Shown here: one piece after another, positions 1 to 7,283 of the stretch
How the letters are laid out: every line of letters starts with the position of its first letter
Position numbering within the stretch: position 1 is the stretch's first letter
DNA from: Myxococcales bacterium
GTDB lineage: Bacteria; Myxococcota_A; UBA9160; UBA4427
NCBI GenBank assembly: GCA_012959665.1
Contig: DUCT01000187.1
Location: 27,598 to 74,066, forward strand
DNA: 46,469 nucleotides
Direction: 5' to 3'
The notes under the pieces: generated by a model
What the model was told of the DNA's origin: nothing
Database searches by the model: none
The model's input: the letters and a program-made list of their open reading frames with translations, nothing else
Program-made: the position numbers and the translations under genes

Positions 1-80
1 GTAGAAGAGCGCTTGTAGAAGAGCACTTGTAGAAGAGCGCTTGTAAGAAGAGCACTTGTAAAAAGAGCACTTGTAAAGAG
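1..80. repeat. Tandem 14-15 bp repeat GTAGAAGAGC(G/A)CTT, about 5.5 units, truncated by the window edge
   Basis: Units at 1-14, 15-28, 29-42 (14 bp), 43-57, 58-72 (15 bp), then a partial unit; ends about 15 bp from the rsfS stop codon. Confidence 0.9.
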
Positions 81-95
81 AATGAGCGCGGACCC

Positions 96-485
96 TCAGC
101 CGGCCGATGCTTCCGCTGGATCGTTGAGATTGATCAGGGGCGCGTCGCTCCAGAGCCGCTCAAGGGCAAACTCTTTACGGGTCTCGGGCTCAAAGATATG
201 AACCACGGCTTCGTTGGCATCGATGAGCACCCAGCGTCCCTCGCCTAGTCCCTCGACCCCCAGTGGTTCCTGGCCGGCGCGGCGAAGGGACTGGATGATC
301 GATTCGGCGATGGATCGGACGTGTCTGCTGGAGCGTCCCGAGGTGATCAAGAAGGTATCCGCGAAGGCACTGACCCCACGCATATCCAGGGCCACCAGGG
401 CTTCGGCCTTCAAGTCCAGCGCCGCTTCGACGATGAGGCCGGTCTTGGCACTCTCGGCGGGGTTGGGGGGTTGCAGCTCACTCAA
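96..485 (-). CDS. rsfS: Ribosome silencing factor RsfS (Iojap)
   Basis: Motifs KAE..LD, D.F.I.SG.S.RHV, WVLID...VVHIF...R..F.LE.LW; follows nadD as usual; TTG start uncertain. Confidence 0.93.
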   Translation of the reverse strand: MSELQPPNPAESAKTGLIVEAALDLKAEALVALDMRGVSAFADTFLITSGRSSRHVRSIAESIIQSLRRAGQEPLGVEGLGEGRWVLIDANEAVVHIFEPETRKEFALERLWSDAPLINLNDPAEASAG

Positions 486-527
486 TGGATCGCTCCTTTT
501 GACCCTCTCCGGGGACCGGGAAACGCG

Positions 528-1208
528 TTAGCGGTCTCCCGGTGCGACGCCGGGGGAAGGGTCGTTGTAGCACTGGCTGGCCACGATGGCCGCGTGGGCC
601 GCTGGGGGGACCATGTGGTCGACGGGAGCCCCTTGGGCGAGGCGCTCGCGTATAGCGGTGGCCGAGACGTCCAGGGCGGTGATCTCGAGCTGGCGGATCC
701 AGGTTCCCGCGCTGAGGTGGCGCCCCGAGAGACCGTCGGGTGCGAGTTCGAAATCGGCCCGGGCACACTCGGGCAGCCACTCGGCGAGCTGGCCTCCCAC
801 CACCGGAGGCCGAGAGGTGACTGCAATGTGGCAGGCGGCAAAAAGGGCTCTCGGGGATCGCCAGCTCCCCATTTCGCAGAATGCATCTCGGCCGACCACG
901 AAGACCAGTTCTTCGTCGGCAAAGCGCTGGCTCAGAGCCTCAAGGGTATCGACCAGGTAGGAGGGACCGGGGCGGTCCACCTCAATGGCGTCGACGCAGA
1001 AACGGGCATTGCCCTGGATGGCAAGTTCGACCCAAGCCAGCCGCTGACGCGCGGGTGCGATGATTCCCTCATCGCCCTCCTTATGCGGCGGTCGCGCACT
1101 GGGGACGAAGACCATGCGGGCGAGTTCAAGAGCATCAACCACTTCTTCCGCGGCGCGTAGGTGCCCGGAGTGGATGGGATTGAAGGTGCCTCCATAGATG
1201 CCGATCAT
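528..1208 (-). CDS. nadD: Nicotinate-nucleotide adenylyltransferase
   Basis: IGIYGGTFNPIHSGH (HxGH motif), PPHK, SY.VDTL, VSATAIRE. Confidence 0.95.
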   Translation of the reverse strand: MIGIYGGTFNPIHSGHLRAAEEVVDALELARMVFVPSARPPHKEGDEGIIAPARQRLAWVELAIQGNARFCVDAIEVDRPGPSYLVDTLEALSQRFADEELVFVVGRDAFCEMGSWRSPRALFAACHIAVTSRPPVVGGQLAEWLPECARADFELAPDGLSGRHLSAGTWIRQLEITALDVSATAIRERLAQGAPVDHMVPPAAHAAIVASQCYNDPSPGVAPGDR

Positions 1209-1239
1209 CGTTCCTGCCGATCGTCTCCTAGCCCCGAGT

Positions 1240-2376
1240 TCAGTCGTCGAGGACCACGAGGTCGTCGCGATGGATGACCTCGGAACCGTTGGAGTACCCT
1301 AGCACTCGAAAAATTTCCTTTGCTGCGATGCCTTTGATTCGCTGGATATCTCCCGACGTGTAGGCGGAAAGTCCCCGGGCCAGGGGGCGAGCCTGGGCGT
1401 CAACACAGACCACGGCGTCACCGACTCCGAAATCGCCCTCCACGGCCAGGATGCCGACGGGAAGGAGGCTGCGACCGTCGCTGAGCAGCGCGTTGGCGGC
1501 ACCGGGATCCAGGGTGAGGGTGCCTCGGGTTTGGGCCGTGAAGGCGAGCCAGTGTTTGCGGCTGGCCATTCGTTCCCCGGCCAGGAAGAGCGTGCCCACG
1601 GACTCGCCGGCCGCGATGCGGCCAATGGCGTCGGACTGGCGGCCATTGCAGACCACCGTGGCGGCCCCGGAGAGCGCGGCCATGCGCGCCGCCTCGAGCT
1701 TGGTCGTCATGCCGCCGCGTCCGAAGCGGCTGCCGGGCCCTTTTGCGGCGGCCTCGATCTCGGGTGTGATCTGTTCGACTACGTCGAGCAGATCGGGTCG
1801 AGGCCCAGAGGCCGCGGGGGGTTCGGCGTAGAGGCCGTCGACATCGGTCACGATGATGAGCAGATCGGCACTGATTAGGTTGACGATGGTGGCGGAGAGG
1901 CTGTCGTTGTCCCCGAAGCGGATTTCGTCGGTGGACACAGTATCGTTCTCGTTCACGATGGGAACCGTGCCCATCTGAAGCAAGGCCAATAGAGTGTGGC
2001 GTGCATTGAGAAAGCGCTCTCGATCTTGAAGCCCGCCCCGAGTCAGCAGAATCTGGCCGATTTGTCTCCCGTGCCGTGCGAAACGCCGTTGATACATATC
2101 CACTAGCCCGATCTGGCCCACCGCCGCCGCCGCTTGTTTTTCGGGAATCGAGTGGTCGCGATGGGTCCAACCCAGGCGATGACTGCCCGCCGCGATGGCC
2201 CCAGACGAAACGAGAACGACTTCCCGGCCCTGATCCACGAGTTCACTGATCGAGCGGGACAGTTCGCTGAATTTTCGAGGGCGAAGCTTGCCCTCTCGAG
2301 TGAGGGTGCTGCTGCCGACCTTGATGACGATCCGCCGCGCTTGGAGCTGGCACTCTCGTACGGGGTTTGGCTCCAT
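1240..2376 (-). CDS. proB: Glutamate 5-kinase with C-terminal PUA domain
   Basis: [51 protein letters not shown]. Confidence 0.96.
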   Translation of the reverse strand: MEPNPVRECQLQARRIVIKVGSSTLTREGKLRPRKFSELSRSISELVDQGREVVLVSSGAIAAGSHRLGWTHRDHSIPEKQAAAAVGQIGLVDMYQRRFARHGRQIGQILLTRGGLQDRERFLNARHTLLALLQMGTVPIVNENDTVSTDEIRFGDNDSLSATIVNLISADLLIIVTDVDGLYAEPPAASGPRPDLLDVVEQITPEIEAAAKGPGSRFGRGGMTTKLEAARMAALSGAATVVCNGRQSDAIGRIAAGESVGTLFLAGERMASRKHWLAFTAQTRGTLTLDPGAANALLSDGRSLLPVGILAVEGDFGVGDAVVCVDAQARPLARGLSAYTSGDIQRIKGIAAKEIFRVLGYSNGSEVIHRDDLVVLDD

Positions 2377-3476
2377 CAGTCCAGTCTTTCCGATTCATCC
2401 AGGACACGGGTTTCGGCGAGCTTTTCCAATTCGACGGCTTCTTCCACGGACTGGAGCATAGTGCGGAGTAGGGTCTCGGTGCCCTCGCCGGTGGCGCCCG
2501 AGAGCAGAGCGGGGTGGAGTCCGTTCTCGCCAAGCACGTTCTCCAATTCTGCCCGGGTCGAAGCGTCGTGGATCAAATCGACCTTGTTGAGGATCAGAAT
2601 CTCCCGGCGTTCGCTCAATTCGGGCCGATAGCGATGGAGTTCCCGGCGGATGGACCGGTAGTCCTCGACCAGGTTCCGGCCCTCGGTGAGCCACGCACCG
2701 GCGTCGAGGAGGTGGACGAGCACCCGGGTGCGCTCGACGTGGCGGAGAAATTGATGCCCCAGCCCGGCGCCCTCGCTTGCCCCTTCGATCAACCCTGGGA
2801 TATCGGCGACGACAATTCGGGCATCCCCGACCTCGACGACGCCCAAGGAGGGGCTCAGCGTTGTAAAGGGGTAGGAGGCGACTTTGGGTCGGGCCTCGGA
2901 GATGCGACGGAGCAGGGTGGATTTGCCGGCATTCGGAAAACCCACCAGGCCCACGTCGGCGAGCAACTTGAGCGACAGCCGGAGCTGGCGAATTTCGCCG
3001 GGCTTTCCGCTGAGGGCGAAGTCCGGGGTCTGACGGGTGGCATTCCGGAAACGCGCGTTGCCGAAGCCGCCGTTGCCTCCGCGGGCCACCACGAAGCGCT
3101 GGCCATCCTGGGTGAGGTCGACGACCGGCCCGTCCTCTTCGTCGGCAATCGATTCGTTACTGGGATCGCTGGCATAGACCAGAGTTCCCACGGGCAGGCG
3201 AATCTCCGTGTGCGCCCCGCTGGCACCGGTTTTGCGCGAGGTTCCACCATTGGCACCATTCTGGGCGCGGACCTCCGAACGGCGTTGAAGGTCGGTCAGG
3301 GTGTTGAGGTTGCGGTCGGCGACAAGCACCACGTTGCCCCCTCGGCCGCCGTCGCCCCCATTGGGGCCCCCCATGCTGACAAATTTCTCTCGCCGATAAC
3401 CCACGGTCCCGTTGCCTCCCGCCCCGGAAGTGACGGTAATGGCGGCCTCGTCGACGAAGGGCTGGGGGTTCTTCAC
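2376..3476 (-). CDS. obgE: GTPase ObgE/CgtA
   Basis: FVDEA.I, Gly-rich Obg fold (GGPNGGDGGRGG), GFPNAGKST, YPFTTL, DIPGLIEGA, NKVD; GAGGAG Shine-Dalgarno upstream of GTG. Confidence 0.97.
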   Translation of the reverse strand: MKNPQPFVDEAAITVTSGAGGNGTVGYRREKFVSMGGPNGGDGGRGGNVVLVADRNLNTLTDLQRRSEVRAQNGANGGTSRKTGASGAHTEIRLPVGTLVYASDPSNESIADEEDGPVVDLTQDGQRFVVARGGNGGFGNARFRNATRQTPDFALSGKPGEIRQLRLSLKLLADVGLVGFPNAGKSTLLRRISEARPKVASYPFTTLSPSLGVVEVGDARIVVADIPGLIEGASEGAGLGHQFLRHVERTRVLVHLLDAGAWLTEGRNLVEDYRSIRRELHRYRPELSERREILILNKVDLIHDASTRAELENVLGENGLHPALLSGATGEGTETLLRTMLQSVEEAVELEKLAETRVLDESERLD

Positions 3477-3665
3477 GGGTGGCTCTCCTCGGGGGGAGCG
3501 GGACAGCCTCGGCGGAAGGGCTGCGGGAAGGGCCGCTCAGCCGTCTCCGGGACAGAAACCCGGGCGACGAGAATTCAGCGGAAACGGAAGAAGCAAAGAA
3601 GGCACTCGAACCGACCGAGAAACCTCCGGGAAACGAAACGCGTTGGGCCGGGCCAGTGGAGGGCT

Positions 3666-3720
3666 CTGATAGAGCGCTGATAATAGAGCGCTGATAAAGG
3701 GCGGCTGGCTGATAGGGTCC
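3666..3720. repeat. Degenerate tandem repeat CTGATA(ATA)GAGCG, about 4 units
   Basis: ctgatagagcg/ctgataatagagcg/ctgataaagggcgg/ctggctgatagggt, adjoining the 15-bp array and sharing its AGCGCT core. Confidence 0.6.
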
Positions 3721-3724
3721 GGCC

Positions 3725-3880
3725 GACAGAGTACTTATCGACAGAGTACTTATCGACAAAGCGCTTATCGACAAAGCGCTTATCGACAAAGCGCTTATGG
3801 ACAAAGCGCTTATGGACAAAGCGCTTGTGAACAAAGCGCTTGTGGACAAAGCGCTTGTGAACAAAGCGCTTGTCGACAGA
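3725..3880. repeat. Tandem 15-bp repeat, consensus GACAAAGCGCTT(A/G)T(C/G), 10 full units plus a partial
   Basis: Exact 15-bp period from 3725 to 3874; each unit contains a palindrome (AAGCGCTT or AGTACT); no spacers. Confidence 0.97.
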
Positions 3881-3890
3881 AGGAACGGGT

Positions 3891-4145
3891 TTACTCCGCC
3901 GCGTCGATATGCGCCAGCCTGCGACCCCGGGACCTGCCATAGCGCACCACGCCGTGGGCCAGTGCAAAGAGGGTGTAGTCGCGCCCACAGCCCACGTTTT
4001 CGCCCGGGTGGATCTGGGTCCCTACTTGCCGCACGAGAATCGAGCCCGCGGTGACCTTCTGGCCGCCGAAAACCTTGACCCCTCGCCGCTGGCCGTTGCT
4101 GTCGCGCCCATTACGCGAACTGCCCTGTCCTTTTTTATGCGCCAT
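3891..4145 (-). CDS. rpmA: 50S ribosomal protein L27
   Basis: [24 protein letters not shown]...[22 protein letters not shown]; start set at the MAHKK ATG (4145). Confidence 0.98.
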   Translation of the reverse strand: MAHKKGQGSSRNGRDSNGQRRGVKVFGGQKVTAGSILVRQVGTQIHPGENVGCGRDYTLFALAHGVVRYGRSRGRRLAHIDAAE

Positions 4146-4195
4146 CTCAAATTCCCTATTACATGCGGAGTGGCGCAAGCGCCAGCGGGCCGCGG

Positions 4196-4507
4196 TTAGT
4201 CGTCGATCGAGTTGACCTGGACCTCGGTGTAGGACTGGCGATGCCCCTGAAGACGGCGGTAACCCTTGCGCCGCTTCATTTTGAAGACACGAATCTTCGG
4301 GTGCCGACCCTGGGCGGTAATCGTGCCCGACACGCGAGCGCCTTCGACCACGGGCGTTCCGATCTTGACGGATTCTCCACCCCCGACCAGGAGGACCTGG
4401 TCGAACTCAATGGAGCTTCCTATCTCGCCCGCCAACTGCTCGACGCGGACGCGTGCGCCCGGTTCGACCCGGATTTGCTTCCCACCTGTTTTGACTACGG
4501 CGTACAT
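4196..4507 (-). CDS. rplU: 50S ribosomal protein L21
   Basis: [11 protein letters not shown]...[26 protein letters not shown]; start trimmed to the ATG at 4507. Confidence 0.97.
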   Translation of the reverse strand: MYAVVKTGGKQIRVEPGARVRVEQLAGEIGSSIEFDQVLLVGGGESVKIGTPVVEGARVSGTITAQGRHPKIRVFKMKRRKGYRRLQGHRQSYTEVQVNSIDD

Positions 4508-4532
4508 GATCTTCCTCGTTTTCCGGGTTGCC

Positions 4533-6716
4533 TCAAGAGCGCGGTAGTATCCGCGATTCCGCTTCTTCGTCAAGCGTTTGGCTGTCTTCGTGGGGGTTGG
4601 GGGTCTCATCACCCGCGGGACTCGCTTCGGGTTCACCCGATGCTGGCTCGGCTTCGGCCTCGGAGACACGCGCTTCGGAGCCAGGGGCCTCAGAAACAGG
4701 CACTTCGGAGCCAGGCGCCTCAGAAACAAGGGCCTCAGAAACAGGCACTTCGGAGCCAGGCGCCTCAGAAACAAGGGCCTCAGAAACAAGGGCCTCAGAA
4801 ACAAGCGCCTCAGAAACAGGCACTTCGGAGCCAGGCGCCTCGGCCGGTGACACGGTTGTTGAAGCAGAAGTTGAGGCTGCAGCAATGTTTTCCAAGGCCT
4901 CGGGGCTATCCCCAAGGCTATCCCCTGGAGACTCCTCGCCCGTGATCGGGCTTGGTGGCAATTTCTCCAACGGCGCGGGGGGGGGGTTGGGCCTGAGGTC
5001 CTGGGTTTCCTTTTCCACGGCCTCGGCCGGTTCGGCGTTGCCGGGCGCCCTGGACTCGGATTGGCTTCGCGAGCGTTTATCACCCCGCCGCGATCCGCGG
5101 TCTCTCCGGCGGCCATCGCGCCCGCCTCCGCCCTTCTTGCTCTGGGCCTCTTCATCCGCGGCTATTTCAGCCGGGTCCCGGAGCCAGCGCAGGGGAATCG
5201 AAACCGGAGGGGCTTGATCCAGGGCCTCCACTTCGAACTGCTCCTGGTGGATGCCGGGCCGGGCCCGAATCTCGATCTCTTGTCCAAGCGCATCGGAAAG
5301 CGTGGCCAAAGATTTCGCTTCGTGACCGAGCAACTGCTCGGCCACTCGGGGCGCCACGGTAATCGCAATCCGGCGCCCGTTGAAATGCGTGAGGGAGTTG
5401 CGGAGCTCGCGTAGCAAGTTGTACGTGACGGTTTCGTCCGAGAGCAGATAGCCCCGCCCCTCGCAGTGCACGCAGGGTTCGCAGAGGGTCTGGACGAGAT
5501 TTTCGCGGGTTCGTTTCCGCGTCATCTCCACGAGTCCCAGCTCGGAAATCTTAAGGATATTGGTCCTCGCCTTGTCGTGGCGCAGCGCGTCTCGCAGAGC
5601 CCGGTAGGTCTTCTCGCGGTGATCTGCCGATTCCATGTCGATGAGGTCGATGATGATCAGCCCACCGATATTTCGGAAGCGAAGTTGGTTGACCACTTCC
5701 TTGACGGCTTCGAGGTTGGTTTTGTAGACCGTTTCCTCGAGATCGCGTTTACCCACGAAGCGGCCGGTATTGACGTCAATGGCCGTGAGGGCTTCGCACT
5801 GATCCACGATCAACGAACCCCCGGACTTGAGCCAGACCTTGCGCTCGAGGTTCGCGTGGATCTGGGCCTCCAGCCCCATCCTTTGGAAAAGCGGCTCGAG
5901 CCCTTCGTGGCGATCCACTTGGGGCTTGGGATCCGCGACGAAGTCTTCGATGAATTTTTTCAGGGTTTCAAAGGCTTCGGGCTGATCGACCACGATTCGC
6001 TTGGTCTCAGGACTCGCGGCATCGCGCACGATGCGCAGGGGCAGATCGGGTTCCGCGTGAAGGACGCAGGGCGCGACTTTTTCCGCATGGGCCAGCTGAA
6101 TAGCCTCCCAGACAGTGCTCAGGTAACGGATATCGGCCTCAAGGTCGGCTTCCCGTATCCCGTCCCCGGCGGTGCGAATGATAAAGCCGAGGTTTTTGGG
6201 CCGTATCCGGTCGACGATCTCGCGCAGGCGCTTGCGCTCCTTGTCGGAATCGATCCGGCGTGAAACACCGACCCGGGGTGACCAGGGGGTCAGCACCAGG
6301 TGTCGTCCGGGAATCGAAATGTTCGAAGTGATCCGGGCGCCCTTGGTTCCAATGGGAGCCTTGGCGATCTGAACGACGATCTCCTGGCCTTCGGAAAGCA
6401 CGGTATCGATGCGGGGCGGAGGGCTGCGCCGGCCACCTCGACCCCGGGGCCCGCCTCGCCGTCCTGGGGATTCCTGTTCGCCGCCGGTGTTGTCGAAGTA
6501 GTCGCCGACGTAAAGGAAGGCGGCCTTTTCCAGGCCGATGTCGACGAAGGCGGCTTGCATTCCGGGCAGCACTCGGCTGACCCGTCCCTTGACGACGTTG
6601 CCGACCACGCTTTTGCTGCGTGCTCGCTCGATATGCAGTTCGGTGAACTGGCCTTGTTCCAGCAACGCGACCCGGGTTTCCCCGGAGTCCACGTTGACTA
6701 CGATTTCATTCTCCAT
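4533..6716 (-). CDS. rne: Ribonuclease E/G family endoribonuclease with a low-complexity C-terminal tail
   Basis: S1 domain GRVSRVLPGMQAAFVDIG, KGARITSNI, TAIDVNTG, GGLIIIDLIDM, GLVEMTRKR, CxxC zinc link (CVHC); then an Arg-rich patch and an acidic Ser/Glu/Pro tail. Confidence 0.93.
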   Translation of the reverse strand: MENEIVVNVDSGETRVALLEQGQFTELHIERARSKSVVGNVVKGRVSRVLPGMQAAFVDIGLEKAAFLYVGDYFDNTGGEQESPGRRGGPRGRGGRRSPPPRIDTVLSEGQEIVVQIAKAPIGTKGARITSNISIPGRHLVLTPWSPRVGVSRRIDSDKERKRLREIVDRIRPKNLGFIIRTAGDGIREADLEADIRYLSTVWEAIQLAHAEKVAPCVLHAEPDLPLRIVRDAASPETKRIVVDQPEAFETLKKFIEDFVADPKPQVDRHEGLEPLFQRMGLEAQIHANLERKVWLKSGGSLIVDQCEALTAIDVNTGRFVGKRDLEETVYKTNLEAVKEVVNQLRFRNIGGLIIIDLIDMESADHREKTYRALRDALRHDKARTNILKISELGLVEMTRKRTRENLVQTLCEPCVHCEGRGYLLSDETVTYNLLRELRNSLTHFNGRRIAITVAPRVAEQLLGHEAKSLATLSDALGQEIEIRARPGIHQEQFEVEALDQAPPVSIPLRWLRDPAEIAADEEAQSKKGGGGRDGRRRDRGSRRGDKRSRSQSESRAPGNAEPAEAVEKETQDLRPNPPPAPLEKLPPSPITGEESPGDSLGDSPEALENIAAASTSASTTVSPAEAPGSEVPVSEALVSEALVSEALVSEAPGSEVPVSEALVSEAPGSEVPVSEAPGSEARVSEAEAEPASGEPEASPAGDETPNPHEDSQTLDEEAESRILPRS
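4546..4573 (-). promoter_or_regulatory. Candidate sigma70 promoter for rplU-rpmA inside the 3' end of rne
   Basis: Minus strand TTGACG (4573-4568), 16-nt spacer, GATACT (4551-4546), about 40 bp upstream of the rplU ATG. Confidence 0.45.
4658..4837. repeat. In-frame 15-bp tandem repeat (12 units) in rne encoding SEALV/SEAPG/SEVPV pentapeptides
   Basis: Plus-strand units cttcggagccaggcg, cctcagaaacaggca and cctcagaaacaaggg interleaved at an exact 15-bp period. Confidence 0.95.
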
Positions 6717-6725
6717 GAGTTGAAT

Positions 6726-6918
6726 TGCTCTCTACAGAGCAGCCGTACAGACGGACTTTCGGGACCCACAGGGTCCGCGAAAGATCGCTCTCAGCTTCTC
6801 CGGCCAGGTTCTCTGGCGTTGGCGAGCGATCTCAAGACGCTTCGGAAGCAGAACCGCGGCTTAGCGCGCCGCGGCGGGGTGAGGTCTGGGTCGCGTGCCG
6901 CTTTGGGAGCGGCTCGCG
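6726..6918 (-). promoter_or_regulatory. Putative structured 5' leader of rne
   Basis: At least 7 consecutive inverted repeats directly upstream of the rne start, followed by an AT-richer promoter-like region (see findings). Confidence 0.5.
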
Positions 6919-7283
6919 TGAATGAGCTTGTTTTCCAATGTCCTGAAATCTTTAATCAAAATGAGTGCTCGCGCAGTTGTCTGTGAAAATGTTCCTAGCT
7001 TGAAACGGTTGAAATGACCTACAACTTCCGTGAAATCCCAGTTTGGCGACACCCCCGCCGCCATTCATTTCTCGGAACCGCCCCGCGTTCGGATTCCACC
7101 GCAACCTTCGATACCCTCATGCATGTCGCATGGGGATCGGGGTGGCCAGTGTTCTGCCGATTCGAGCAGCGGCTTTGAGTTCGATTCCGCGTCGCTTCTC
7201 CTCCCGCCTAGAGACGTGAGGTTTTGAGACGCGGGTCGGACAATTCGGCCAGTTCCTCCGTGTAAAGTGAGGACGCAACAATC

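Noticed and set aside
3725-3880. CRISPR array (also considered for the other arrays)
   Set aside because: Units are only 14-15 bp, directly abut with no unique spacers, and no cas genes are present
3157-4054. ORFs 3157-3864, 3575-3988 and 3797-4054 with SALSI, HKRFV or DKALV repeats
   Set aside because: Open frames result from a stop-free 15-bp repeat and overlap obgE or rpmA; no independent coding evidence
4508-5155. Long N-terminal extension of L21 in the ORF track
   Set aside because: Alternative frame of the rne tail; L21 homology starts at [11 protein letters not shown] (4507)
7130-7210. tRNA-Sec (selC) upstream of selA, prompted by a GTTCGATTCC T-loop-like motif
   Set aside because: No T-stem complementarity, no TCA anticodon arm and no acceptor stem found
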